Below, piece after piece: positions 51,159 to 61,134 of a stretch of DNA of 64,000 nt (positions are counted from its first letter, which is position 1; each line of letters opens with the position of its first letter). The position numbers and the translations under genes are program-made. Below the pieces are notes generated by a model. It did no database searches. It was not told where the DNA came from and worked only from the letters and a program-made list of their open reading frames with translations. The stretch comes from an uncultured Kofleriaceae bacterium. GTDB taxonomy: Bacteria; Myxococcota_A; Polyangia; Haliangiales; Haliangiaceae. Location of the stretch: assembly GCA_964617845.1 (NCBI GenBank), contig CAZUAR010000026.1, positions 42,821 to 106,820 on the forward strand, written 5' to 3'.

Positions 51159-51206
51159 TTGCGGGGCCAGGTGCCCGGGGCCGCTGCTTGCAACTCATCG
51201 CGGTCG

Positions 51207-52787
51207 ATGCGGAGCAGGACGATCCTCGTGTGTGCCTTGGTGTCAGGCTGCGCGGGGCGATATCACACAGAATTCGTTGGCCACGGAACCGCCATCGTGC
51301 AACCGCGCACCGATCTCGCCGCGTCGGGACCGACGGACAACGCCCCGCTGTCGCGGAATGCGCCGTGGGCCGTCGGCGGCGGCATCCAGCTGCCCGCCGG
51401 CACCTACGACCTCGCGATGGCGTTCGATGTTCCGCGCGCGCAAGAAGTCGAGTGGAGCGTCTCGTGTCCCGGCGTGCAGCTCAGCGGCATCGCCGGCGAG
51501 ACCTTCGAGCGCTATCGCGAGCGGCGCCTCGCCGAGCTTCGCGCGCAGGCCGAGCGCGATCGCGAGCGCACCGCGGCGGTGACGAGCACCGTCGTCGGCG
51601 CGTTCGCTCCGCGCGTCGGCGTCACCGGTAACGCCGGTCCCGTCACCGTACAGGGCGACGTCGGCGTCAACGCGAACGCGGTCGGCCGCGCCGTCGCCAA
51701 CGAGACCGTCTCTCTCGACGTGATGCTCCCCGCGGGCGATGTCGGTCGCGGCCGCATCGCCAAGCACGTCCACGTCACGACGACGGGCGCCGGCATGTGC
51801 GTCGTCACCGCGATCACCGACGACGCGAACGTGCTCGGCACCTTCGAGGTCTCGCGCATCCGCGATCTCGACGCCGAAGCGCGCGTCGCGGTGATGTCGC
51901 AGCGCTCCGCGGCGATGTCGGTCCGCACGCGCCTGCAAGCGCGCCTCGTCGCGCACGGCGCCGACGCCGAGCTGCGCCAGCGCGAGGAGCGCGCCGCGAT
52001 CGAAGCGCGCTACGCCGCCGACGCGAAGGCGCACGCCGAGCTCGAGGTGAAGATGCGCGCCCGTGCCTCGCTCGAGGAGCAGTGGCACCGCGAGGCGCTG
52101 ATCGCGCGCTATCGCCTCCGCGGTCGCTGCGAGGGCCACGGCGCCGATCCGCATCGCCGCGAGCGCATCGCCGAGGAGCAGCGGCTCGCCACGGAAGCCG
52201 AAGCGCGGCTGCGCGTCGACATCGAGCAGCGCCGCCTCGACATGGCGCTGCACGCGCGCACCTCGCTGCGCTCGCGCTGGCTCCGCTTCGGCGCGATCCC
52301 TCGTCCGCCGATGCCCGAGCTCATCGCCGAGAATCCCGGCGACCCGCCGTTCGACGGCGCCGTGTGGATCGCCGGCAAGTGGACGTGGATGAACGGCCGC
52401 TGGGAGTGGACCGCGGGCGGCTGGTCCGATCCGGACGTGTTCACCGAGGTCGGCGGCGACGGGCCCGTCGAGGTCGTCGAGGACGGCAGCACGATCATCG
52501 ACGACGTGCTCGACGTCGGCGTCGGCGTCGGCGTCGGTGTCGGCGCGGGCGCGGTCCGCGAGCAGACGCGCGATCACCGCCGCGAGCCACGCCCGCAGAT
52601 GCGCGATCACCGCACGCCGCCTCGCGAGACCGTCCGCGATCATCGCGCCACGCCGACCTCGTGGACGCCCTCGAAGAGCGAGCCGCCGCCGGCCCGCGAC
52701 AACAAGCGCGACGACGAGGAGCGCGAGGACAAGCGGAACGACAACGATCGCGGCGGCGGCCGCATGCTCCGCGATCACCGTCGCTAG
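51207..52787 (+). CDS. putative lipoprotein with one WxxGxW repeat and a C-terminal RDHR-repeat tail
   Basis: Signal/lipobox MRSRTILVCALVSGCAG; coiled-coil-rich middle; motif VWIAGKWTWMNGRWEWTAGGW; tail with RDHR repeated four times. Confidence 0.55.
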   Translation: MRSRTILVCALVSGCAGRYHTEFVGHGTAIVQPRTDLAASGPTDNAPLSRNAPWAVGGGIQLPAGTYDLAMAFDVPRAQEVEWSVSCPGVQLSGIAGETFERYRERRLAELRAQAERDRERTAAVTSTVVGAFAPRVGVTGNAGPVTVQGDVGVNANAVGRAVANETVSLDVMLPAGDVGRGRIAKHVHVTTTGAGMCVVTAITDDANVLGTFEVSRIRDLDAEARVAVMSQRSAAMSVRTRLQARLVAHGADAELRQREERAAIEARYAADAKAHAELEVKMRARASLEEQWHREALIARYRLRGRCEGHGADPHRRERIAEEQRLATEAEARLRVDIEQRRLDMALHARTSLRSRWLRFGAIPRPPMPELIAENPGDPPFDGAVWIAGKWTWMNGRWEWTAGGWSDPDVFTEVGGDGPVEVVEDGSTIIDDVLDVGVGVGVGVGAGAVREQTRDHRREPRPQMRDHRTPPRETVRDHRATPTSWTPSKSEPPPARDNKRDDEEREDKRNDNDRGGGRMLRDHRR

Positions 52788-52852
52788 CTCCGCCCGCCCA
52801 GAAGCAGCGTGGCTCCTCACCGCGGGCACGGCGGCCCGACGCGACCGATTGA

Positions 52853-54682
52853 CTAGCCGGCGATCTTGCCCATCGCCTCGTACTCGAGCCTCGCCGCGCG
52901 CTCGAGGTGTGCGGTTCCGATCACGGCGCCCTCGCCCGCCGCCAGAAAGGCCGCGCGAACTACCGCGTTCTTGATGTAGCCGCCGCTCATCTCGAAGCTC
53001 GCCGCGAGCTTGGCGACGTTGATGTTCGCCGCTTGCGCCGCTCTCGCCGGAATCATCGTCCTCCACATCAGGGCGCGTTGCTCCTCGTCCGGCATTGGTA
53101 CCCTCAGGTGAAACGCGAGGCGCCGCTGAAAGGCAGGGTCGATCGCCTTCTCGTGGTTCGTCGTCAGGATCGAGATGCCCGAGAACTGCTCCATGCGTTG
53201 GAGCAGGTAGTTGACCTCGAGGTTCGCGTAGCGATCGTTACTCGTCTTCACGTCCGTTCGCCTGCCGAACAGCGAGTCCGCCTCGTCGAACAGCAGGATC
53301 GCGTGGCCGCTCTCAGCAGCGTCGAACAACGCGGCGAGCTGCTTCTCGGTCTCGCCAATGTACTTCGAGACGAGCTTGGACAGGTCGACTTGATACAGGT
53401 CCAGACCGAGCTCTTTGGCCAAGAGCCCCGCGATCATCGTCTTGCCGGTGCCCGGGGGGCCAGACAGCAGTACGCTCATCCCTAGCCCGCGCCCGATTTT
53501 GTCCGCAAAGCCCCAGTCGTCCATCACCTTCCCGCGGAACCGCACACGGGCGATCAGCTCCAGCAGCACGTCCTGCTGATCGACGGGTAGAACGAGATCC
53601 TCCCAGGTCTGCTTCGTCTCGATGCGTGTCGCGACACCCGCCAGCTGCCGCTCGAGCAGCCCGCGCAGTGCACGATGTACGTTGGCGACCGCGACACTCC
53701 GCTGGCCCGCCATCGCCATCGCGCTACGCGCTGCAATCTCGATCGTGCGCGCAGAGATCGCGTAGCGACGCGCGCACTCCGCTACCACATCGCGACTCGC
53801 TCCGACGAGCGCATCCTCCCACAGGACGGCACGATGCGCTGCGTCCGGCAACGCGACCACGATCGGCACCACGCTGCGCTCGGTGTTCCATACGCCGACA
53901 GCTGTGGCGGTCGCGAACACGCGGGCCTCGCTCGCCAGGAGCTCGCGCTCGATCAGTACGGCCTTAACCGCGTCCACGTCGCGGAGCACGATGACCGCGT
54001 CATGGAGCAGCGCTTCTCGCACGATAGCGCGCAGCACGCGGTCGTCGTCGTCGACCAGTCGCCGGCAATCGACGGCGAGCATCGCGACTCCGTTCGTGAA
54101 CGCGCGCAGCCGCGCCATCCGTCCGCTGCCATTCGCTCCGACGGCGACGACGAAGTCGCTCGTGACATCGCGTGCGCTTCGGCCGAGCTCGAGCGATGCG
54201 CAATCGCGCAGCCTGGGATCCAGGTCCATGCGTCCACGCGCGAGCTCGAGCACGCGATCGCTGGCGCGAACAGGGCGACGGAAGCGCGGCAGTCGTCGAT
54301 CGTCGGGTGTCTCGATGAGGCCATGTCGCGCGAGCTTCCCGAGCCCGATCTCGTCGACGCCCGTCAGCAGCTCGATGACCTGCGCGTTGAGCTCGTGCAC
54401 GCCGTGCGCAGCCAGAACCTGCGATCCCGCGGCGACATCCGGGAAGAGCTCGGTACAGGCGAGGATCCAGAGCGTTTCGAGCTCCGCATTCGAGAGTCCC
54501 ACTCGCGACGCGAGGACCGCGAGCGGTGAAGTGACATCGGCGACATCAAACTCGTTTGGATCGGCGACCCCGTCGATAATCTCGCCGGGTAGCCATCCCT
54601 CGCTACGACCGAGATTGATGAGGCGGCCCAGCTTCGTGAGGGTCCAGCGACGGCGCACGTCGAGCAACATGTGCCCACCCAT
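52853..54682 (-). CDS. AAA+ ATPase (classic-clade C-terminal AAA domain, degenerate N-terminal domain)
   Basis: Walker A LLSGPPGTGKTM, Walker B ILLFDEADSL, sensor-1 ILTTNH, arginine fingers PAFQRR, and an AAA lid. The roughly 380 aa N-terminal region resembles a degenerate AAA-like domain. Confidence 0.85.
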   Translation of the reverse strand: MGGHMLLDVRRRWTLTKLGRLINLGRSEGWLPGEIIDGVADPNEFDVADVTSPLAVLASRVGLSNAELETLWILACTELFPDVAAGSQVLAAHGVHELNAQVIELLTGVDEIGLGKLARHGLIETPDDRRLPRFRRPVRASDRVLELARGRMDLDPRLRDCASLELGRSARDVTSDFVVAVGANGSGRMARLRAFTNGVAMLAVDCRRLVDDDDRVLRAIVREALLHDAVIVLRDVDAVKAVLIERELLASEARVFATATAVGVWNTERSVVPIVVALPDAAHRAVLWEDALVGASRDVVAECARRYAISARTIEIAARSAMAMAGQRSVAVANVHRALRGLLERQLAGVATRIETKQTWEDLVLPVDQQDVLLELIARVRFRGKVMDDWGFADKIGRGLGMSVLLSGPPGTGKTMIAGLLAKELGLDLYQVDLSKLVSKYIGETEKQLAALFDAAESGHAILLFDEADSLFGRRTDVKTSNDRYANLEVNYLLQRMEQFSGISILTTNHEKAIDPAFQRRLAFHLRVPMPDEEQRALMWRTMIPARAAQAANINVAKLAASFEMSGGYIKNAVVRAAFLAAGEGAVIGTAHLERAARLEYEAMGKIAG

Positions 54683-54918
54683 CGCAACGCACGAGGTCGG
54701 GTTGCGTGCATTTTCGCGGGACGCAGATCCCCAAGCTGCGTGACCGATCGGCCGTGCGGTCCGAGAGTCTGTGCCATACGAGTCTCGTTGCTGCTCTTGA
54801 TCGCGGCCAGCCGAGTCGATGGCACTGCGCTGTTCCTCTTGCTCCGGCGTTTTCGTTAGCTCGCCGCAACCGAGATGCCACTCTTGACCGCGTTCCGCCT
54901 ACCCCGCAGAGTCGGAGC

Positions 54919-55458
54919 ATGCCGCGACCGGTGTTCTTGCTGCTTCTGCTCGCCGCATGCCGTACGCAGACGGAAGCACCAGCAGCGGCATCGAGAACGG
55001 CGAACTTTTCCACCACCTCACTTCCGTGCTTGATCCCGGCAGGGACTGCGCCACGTGCCGGAGCGTCTCCTGCAGCTCTCACGATGAGCGGGCCGGATTG
55101 GTGCCTTCCGGTTCTCGACACCTTTCTCGCCAAGAATCCCGACTCGCGCATCGTCACGGTGCTGCCAATCGAGTTTCGTCTCGAGAACGAAGAGCCTGGA
55201 GTGCGCGATCAGGGAACACAGGAGCTGTTGGTCGTTCTCGCAGACGCGGGTGACTGGCCTCGTGCCCGAGAGCTCCAGGCCTCGCTCATTAGCTGCTCCT
55301 CCGTAGGAAGAGGCCCCAAGGCGTGTGGATCGGCGATCCTCGGTTCGGCCGCTCTGATCCCGCAGACGGTGTTCTGGGTGCCGTTGTCACGGATGCACGA
55401 CACGCCGCAGGCGGAAGCCGGAACTCGATACGTGATCATGGGTTGGTTGAAGTCTTGA
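54919..55458 (+). CDS. hypothetical lipoprotein in lower-GC segment
   Basis: MPRPVFLLLLLAAC lipobox. Local GC is visibly lower than the flanks. Confidence 0.4.
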   Translation: MPRPVFLLLLLAACRTQTEAPAAASRTANFSTTSLPCLIPAGTAPRAGASPAALTMSGPDWCLPVLDTFLAKNPDSRIVTVLPIEFRLENEEPGVRDQGTQELLVVLADAGDWPRARELQASLISCSSVGRGPKACGSAILGSAALIPQTVFWVPLSRMHDTPQAEAGTRYVIMGWLKS

Positions 55459-55461
55459 GCA

Positions 55462-56904
55462 CTATCCGTCCTTCGTTGGCTCGAAGCGCGGGCCCACCAT
55501 TTGGTTGGTTGTCTTGAAAAGCTCGTCGCGCCGTCTACGCCATGTCGCTTCCTCGCTCTCGCCATAACTGCGCGCTGAAACGATATCGCGACTGCTTTCT
55601 ATGAACGGAATCGCGGCTGGATGCGCGTGTGCGTGCGCGATGCCCAATCCACGCCCCGCCGCTTCGTTGTAGCTGGGAAGAACTGCGACCTCGCGTATGG
55701 CTTCAGCCTTCGCCACAACCATCTCGGCAAATGGGAGTGCCGCAGGAATCGCCGCGAGCTTGCGTCGACTTCCTTCGTACTCTTTGGGTACCGCCGCACC
55801 GACGCTGGTTCCAAGGTCGCTGTACGCACTTCTCCTCTCACCGACAGCAACGAGCACCAGATCGATCTGTGCGCCGAGAGCGTACGTCGCCTCGACCACT
55901 TGCACGAGCCCACTTCGAACCGCAGTGCGCGTGATCTCGTCCAGGTAGGTCGCGCGTTCCACTTCCGCCCTCGTTCTCTCGGCCCCAGCGGCGGCGAGTT
56001 CTGCGTCTCTCGCGTGACTCATGACCTCGCCTGCCAGCTCGCCGACCTTCTCGATCGCGTCGCCGACTCCCCCTTGCGCTAGATGCCCGATCATCGCGAA
56101 GAAGCTCGCTGTACGCTGGATGACCGTACGCGTCGACTCGAGCTCCGACCGTAGCGCGTCGATCTTTGCCTGTGCGCTGGCCTCGCGCTTTGTGGCGTCG
56201 TTTGCGCTCAGAAGCAGGACCGACGACGAGTAGCCAAGTTGCGCCACCTCGAGTCTGCTGACCGCAGACGCAACAAAGCGCAATGCCGAGGAGAGCTTGC
56301 GATCAGCTGCGTACACGCTCCTTCGCGTGACGCCAACGTTCTGCGCCTGCCCTTCCTCGACGGCCGATGAAACCCCATCAATCGCCAGGCGATCCTCGGG
56401 AGTTAGCGCGAGCTGATTGTCAGGATGGAACAGCCGATCGAGGCGCTCTCCTCCTTGTTCCGGCAACTGCACCCGGTCGGTCATACTTCCAAGGTCTCCG
56501 TCGACGTTCGGCGGCAAGTGAAAGTCCATGGCTTGCGCCTGAGGGTCTTGTTTGACGTTCGTGAACGCGTTGACGTGATGCTGAACGCGCTCGTGCGTGG
56601 ACCGCATTTCGGCAACCTTCACGGCGAACGCGCGCCAGTACCTGTTTCGACGGAGATAGTCCGGATCGCCAGCAACGAACCAGTGCGGAAGGTTTGGTTC
56701 CACCGCCATCGCGCGCGCAGGTATTGGCAAACGCAACGCGCGATCGACGCTGCCCCAAACGATCGGCACCTCATCCGGTCGCTTGACGTCCTCCTCTACC
56801 GGTCCGGGACGTATCGCTTCGTTCGCCTCTTCGAAGCGAGCTACGCTTCTGACGGTTTCGATCTTCCGATCTCGTTCGAGTTGCTCATCGACAAAGTCGC
56901 CCAT
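55462..56904 (-). CDS. hypothetical cytoplasmic protein (480 aa), alpha-helical, no recognised family
   Basis: Only the 3' 1.44 kb of the 55462..58512 ORF has protein-like composition, starting at MGDFVDEQLERDRK. The rest of that ORF is an Arg-rich artefact. Confidence 0.5.
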   Translation of the reverse strand: MGDFVDEQLERDRKIETVRSVARFEEANEAIRPGPVEEDVKRPDEVPIVWGSVDRALRLPIPARAMAVEPNLPHWFVAGDPDYLRRNRYWRAFAVKVAEMRSTHERVQHHVNAFTNVKQDPQAQAMDFHLPPNVDGDLGSMTDRVQLPEQGGERLDRLFHPDNQLALTPEDRLAIDGVSSAVEEGQAQNVGVTRRSVYAADRKLSSALRFVASAVSRLEVAQLGYSSSVLLLSANDATKREASAQAKIDALRSELESTRTVIQRTASFFAMIGHLAQGGVGDAIEKVGELAGEVMSHARDAELAAAGAERTRAEVERATYLDEITRTAVRSGLVQVVEATYALGAQIDLVLVAVGERRSAYSDLGTSVGAAVPKEYEGSRRKLAAIPAALPFAEMVVAKAEAIREVAVLPSYNEAAGRGLGIAHAHAHPAAIPFIESSRDIVSARSYGESEEATWRRRRDELFKTTNQMVGPRFEPTKDG

Positions 56905-56954
56905 GGACGTGCCTCGTCGTGCGAACCGCGCAACGGTTGCGCGTTTTCTTCGAG

Positions 56955-57281
56955 CTAGTCGTCTTTCGCCGAGCACTTCTCGGCTTCGGTGCCCGTCTTC
57001 GCGTTCGTCATGCACTCGATCTGCTCGTCGTTGTTCGCCGAGCTGCACTGGTTCACGCACATCTCGACGCCTTGCTCGAGGTAGTTCGTGAACTCCGAGA
57101 GCTTCTTCTTCTTCAGGTTCTCGCGCTCGGCCTCGGGGGCGGCCGCGATCTCCGCGTCCGTCTTCTCCCAGTAGACCAGCGTCGCGTAGTTGCGGCACGC
57201 CGTCTCGCACTTGTTGCGGTCGCCCTTGCAGCCGAGGGCAGCGGTGGCGAGAGCGAGGACAAACAGCGCGGTGCGGGCCAT
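56955..57281 (-). CDS. small Cys-rich lipoprotein (108 aa)
   Basis: MARTALFVLALATAALGC lipobox with 7 further Cys. Lies 50 bp upstream of, and co-directional with, the 480-aa gene. Confidence 0.5.
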   Translation of the reverse strand: MARTALFVLALATAALGCKGDRNKCETACRNYATLVYWEKTDAEIAAAPEAERENLKKKKLSEFTNYLEQGVEMCVNQCSSANNDEQIECMTNAKTGTEAEKCSAKDD

Positions 57282-57321
57282 GGCCGTGCGTACCACGACG
57301 GGAACGCGATAGGCTGCGGCC

Positions 57322-58452
57322 GTGTGGCGCATGCTGCCCGCGCTCGTGGTGCTCGCCGTCGGCGGGGCGGCGAGTGGTGCGCCCGTGGTCGTGACGCTCG
57401 AGGGCGGCGCCGAAGGCGACACCAATGTCCAGCGCGTCGAGACGGGGCCGGGCCTGGGCACGGCGCGGATCGCCGCGGGCGTTGTGCGCGTCGGAGGGAA
57501 GCTCGACAAGCGCGATCGGCTGTGGGGCGGCGGGTATCAGCTGATCGCCGGCGCGCTGGCGCGAGCGGTCGCGGATCCGGTGGCGTCGACGGAGAACGTG
57601 GCGCTGTTGACGGCCGAGGCGCGGTATCTGCGGCCGCTCGAGGGGCGCGGCGTGTCGCTGGGCGCGGGGGTCGTGGCGGCGGATGCGGTGCCGCTGACCG
57701 ACGAGATCGGTGCGCGGACGTTTCGCAATCTGGGTGCCGACGCGCTGCTGGTGATGGACGCGAGCGAGGCGACCCACCTGTCCTTCGGGTTCGGCGGGCG
57801 AAGCTTCGTGTACAAGGAGAACAGCGAGTTCGACTGGAACGGCGTGGCGGCGACCGCGCGGCTCGACTCGACGCTGTGGCAGCCGAGCGGCGGCACGCGC
57901 AGCGTCGAGCTCGCGGTGATCGCGGGGTTCGAGCTGCGCGACTACGACTCGGTCGCGCTCGCGAACATCTGCGAGCCGGGCGCGGACGTGAACGATGGCT
58001 GCTCGGCGGCGACGTCGAGGCAGCGACGCGATCGGCTGCAGCGGATCGGTGCGGAGGTGACGTGGATCGGGCGCGTGGTGGCGGCGGCTGGATATCAGGT
58101 GACGGTGATCGACTCGAACAGCTACGGGCAGAGCCTGGTGCGGCACAAGGCGACCGCGAGCGCGACGACGACGCTGTGGAAAGGCGTGTACGGGACGCTG
58201 CTCGGGCAGCTGCAGATCGATCAGTACCTCGACGGGCTGGTGATCAAGACGGACACCCAGCGCAGCGAGTTCACGAGCCTCGACGACGAGAATCGCAGCT
58301 CGCTGCAGATCCGGATCGGCCGGCCGGTCTCGGACGCGTGGTCGATCGAGGCGCGCGGCGCGATCTGGCGGAACCTCGGCGGTGACGTGAGCGAGGCGGA
58401 CGTCGAGTTCCGGCGCGCGTCGATCTACGTCGGCGCGATCTACAGCCGCTGA
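57322..58452 (+). CDS. secreted hypothetical protein (beta-rich, possible outer-membrane protein)
   Basis: Signal peptide MWRMLPALVVLAVGGAASGAP and alternating-hydrophobic beta-strand-like pattern. Divergent from the Cys-rich lipoprotein gene. Confidence 0.5.
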   Translation: MWRMLPALVVLAVGGAASGAPVVVTLEGGAEGDTNVQRVETGPGLGTARIAAGVVRVGGKLDKRDRLWGGGYQLIAGALARAVADPVASTENVALLTAEARYLRPLEGRGVSLGAGVVAADAVPLTDEIGARTFRNLGADALLVMDASEATHLSFGFGGRSFVYKENSEFDWNGVAATARLDSTLWQPSGGTRSVELAVIAGFELRDYDSVALANICEPGADVNDGCSAATSRQRRDRLQRIGAEVTWIGRVVAAAGYQVTVIDSNSYGQSLVRHKATASATTTLWKGVYGTLLGQLQIDQYLDGLVIKTDTQRSEFTSLDDENRSSLQIRIGRPVSDAWSIEARGAIWRNLGGDVSEADVEFRRASIYVGAIYSR

Positions 58453-58605
58453 TTCGCTCGATCTGCGACGAGAACGCTCGGGGTCCTGTAGCGAGCGTAA
58501 GGACGGGAACACTTGGTCAGACCGTCATTGAACTTTGGTCAATTGTGCTTGACGAGTTGCGTCGTGAGGGCGCAAAACCGTCGGCGCTGACTGGGGGGAC
58601 CAGAG

Positions 58606-61134
58606 ATGCCGATCGCGAGAAGCGTAGTCGCTGTCGTAGTAAGCGGAGTGATCACAGGAGTCGGAGCGGGATGCTCGAACCTCGAGCTGGATCCGCCCGT
58701 CACGTTGATCCACGCGCGATTCGATCCGGAGGCGCGGGTCATTCCGATGCCGACCGATGTCTTGCGCGACAAGGAGGCGGGGCAGCTCGACCTGCCGAAC
58801 GACACGGCCGAGGACGTCGAGAAGCTGACCGCGGCGGAGGCGGAGTTCTACGACTATCTCGAGACGCTCGACGGCTGGTCGACGCTGATGACCGCGACCG
58901 TGGAGTTCACGGGTGCGATCGATCCCGCGTCGATCACCGACGGCACGGTGCAGGTCTGGCACTGGGGCGCGGTGCCGGATCGCGTCGAGGCCGTGCGGAT
59001 GCACCTGTCGGCGGACGGCAAGAAGCTGTCGATCGATCCGCCGCGGACCGGCTGGCTCCGCGGTGACCGGTACATCGCCGTCGTGCGCGGCGGTGCGAAC
59101 GGCGTGAAGGGCCAGCAGGGCGAGCGCGTCGAGTGCGATGCCGCGTTCTACTTCTTGCGGCAGCAGGAGCGGCTGGACACGCCGGAGCACGAGCGCGCGT
59201 TCCCGGGCGAGACGGCGGAGAAGCGACGCGACAACGCGGCCAAGCTCGAGAAGATCCGCACGGACCTCGAGAGCGCGTTCGACTTCATTGCAGACGCGCG
59301 CAGCATCCCGCGTGACGAGGTCGCGGCGCTGTGGGCGTTCACGGTCACCCGGCGCACCGAGGTCGCGATGGATCAGCCGTCGCAGCGCATCCCGCTGCCG
59401 ATCGATCTCATGATCGAGCCGACGACGGGCAAGGTGGATGCGCCGGTCGCGCCGTGGGACACGCCGGTCGAGGCGGAGGCGAAGCAGAAGCTCGCGGTGT
59501 TCGACGGGTTCGGCCTGTCGTCGAGCCAGCTGTTCGAGCTGACGCAGCCGATGAGCACGACGACGATCAACGAGAACACCGTGAAGCTGTATCGCATCGA
59601 CGGCGGCGCGCCCGTGCTCGTGCCCGCGACCGTCGAGGCGCTCGCCGACAAGACGCACATGGTCGTGACGCCGAAGGCCAAGCGGCTCGCGGAGAAGGCG
59701 ACGTATGCGGTCGTGCTGTCGAAGGACGCGCGCGACGCGGAGGGCAACGCCCCGGTGACGATGCCGATCGGCCACTTCTTGATGGCGAAGGCGCCGATCC
59801 TCGTCGACGGCAAGAGCCAGATCCCGGCGATCGACGATCACGACGCGATCAAGCTCGAGGACTCGCGCACCAAGCTCGCGGCGGCGCTGGATACGATCGG
59901 GCGCGACGACGTGCTCGCGGCGTGGCCGTTCACGACGATGAGCGTGACCGAGCCGCTCAAGGAGCTGCGGCTGACCGCGGAGCGCGAGGGCACGAGCGTG
60001 AACCCGGCGAACGTCGTGCACATGACGCCGGGCGAGGCGCTGCTCGACTTCCCGATCGGCATCGGATCGATCCTGAACGTCAGCGACGTCTATCACGGCA
60101 CGATCGAGTCGCCGGTGTTCCTCGATCCGGTCACGCGGGGCTGGCGCGAGGACGGCGGGCACGCGGTGCAGGACATCAAGTTCACGATGACAGTGCCGAA
60201 GAACAAGCCGGCCGGCGCGATGCCCGTCGTGATCTTCGGGCACGGCCTCGTCACCGAGCGCCGCTTCGTCCTCGCGATCGGTGACGCGCTCGCGGCGAAG
60301 GGCTATGCGGCGATCTCGATCGACTTCCCGTTCCACGGCGAGCGCAGCTACTGCGCGAAGGGCGGACCGATCAGCGTCGTGGATCCGACCGACGGCAGCC
60401 TGACGTCGCTCGAGCCATGTCAGAGCGGCACCACGTGCAACGACCTCGGCAAGTGCGTCGACGCCCAGGGCAACGGCAACAAGCTGGCGAAGTTCCCGGT
60501 GCTCGACATGCCGGTCGCGACCGGCGCCGTGTTCCTCGAGATCGAGCACATCTCCAACAGCAAGGATCACTTCCAGCAGGCGCTGATCGATCTCGGCGCG
60601 CTCGATCGCTCGCTGCGCGAGGGCGCGTGGCAGCCGCTGCTCGGTCGCGCCGTCGACACGACGCGCATCTACTACGCGGGCCAGTCGCTCGGCGGGATCA
60701 TGGGCGCCGTGTTCCTCGGCACCGACCCCGACGTGAAGCGCGCCGTGCTCAACGTGCCCGGCGCGAACCTCGTCCCGATGTTCGACGACTCGACGTTCTT
60801 CAGCGCGCAGATGGATGCGTTCTTCACGCGCCAGCACATCGAGCGCGACAGCTACGAGGGGCGACGGTTCATCACCGTCGCGAAGTGGTTCATGGACGCG
60901 GTCGATCCGCAGCACCTCGGGCCGATCACCGGCGCGCGCGCGTTGATGATCCAGATGGCGACGCTCGACTTCATCATCCCGAACGACAACACCAAGGTGC
61001 TGCAGGACGTGACGGGCGCGCCGCGGCGCGACTACATCGGCGAGCACGCGTTCATCACGATTCCCGTCGAACCGGCGTACTTCCGCGGCGTGCGTGACCT
61101 CGCGGACTTCCTCAGCGGGGAGCTCGTGCCATGA
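58606..61134 (+). CDS. secreted lipase / alpha-beta hydrolase lipoprotein (bacterial lipase N-terminal domain plus catalytic domain)
   Basis: Lipobox VGAGCS; GQSLGG nucleophile-elbow (GxSxG) in the C-terminal half; long N-terminal domain resembling Lipase_bact_N-type virulence lipases. Confidence 0.7.
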   Translation: MPIARSVVAVVVSGVITGVGAGCSNLELDPPVTLIHARFDPEARVIPMPTDVLRDKEAGQLDLPNDTAEDVEKLTAAEAEFYDYLETLDGWSTLMTATVEFTGAIDPASITDGTVQVWHWGAVPDRVEAVRMHLSADGKKLSIDPPRTGWLRGDRYIAVVRGGANGVKGQQGERVECDAAFYFLRQQERLDTPEHERAFPGETAEKRRDNAAKLEKIRTDLESAFDFIADARSIPRDEVAALWAFTVTRRTEVAMDQPSQRIPLPIDLMIEPTTGKVDAPVAPWDTPVEAEAKQKLAVFDGFGLSSSQLFELTQPMSTTTINENTVKLYRIDGGAPVLVPATVEALADKTHMVVTPKAKRLAEKATYAVVLSKDARDAEGNAPVTMPIGHFLMAKAPILVDGKSQIPAIDDHDAIKLEDSRTKLAAALDTIGRDDVLAAWPFTTMSVTEPLKELRLTAEREGTSVNPANVVHMTPGEALLDFPIGIGSILNVSDVYHGTIESPVFLDPVTRGWREDGGHAVQDIKFTMTVPKNKPAGAMPVVIFGHGLVTERRFVLAIGDALAAKGYAAISIDFPFHGERSYCAKGGPISVVDPTDGSLTSLEPCQSGTTCNDLGKCVDAQGNGNKLAKFPVLDMPVATGAVFLEIEHISNSKDHFQQALIDLGALDRSLREGAWQPLLGRAVDTTRIYYAGQSLGGIMGAVFLGTDPDVKRAVLNVPGANLVPMFDDSTFFSAQMDAFFTRQHIERDSYEGRRFITVAKWFMDAVDPQHLGPITGARALMIQMATLDFIIPNDNTKVLQDVTGAPRRDYIGEHAFITIPVEPAYFRGVRDLADFLSGELVP

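Noticed and set aside
56905-58512. Upstream 1.6 kb of the 1016-aa minus ORF 55462..58512
   Set aside because: That part translates to Arg/Pro/Asp-rich nonsense and overlaps two better-supported genes (Cys-rich lipoprotein 56955..57281 on the minus strand in another frame; secreted protein 57322..58452 on the plus strand). Only 55462..56904 kept.
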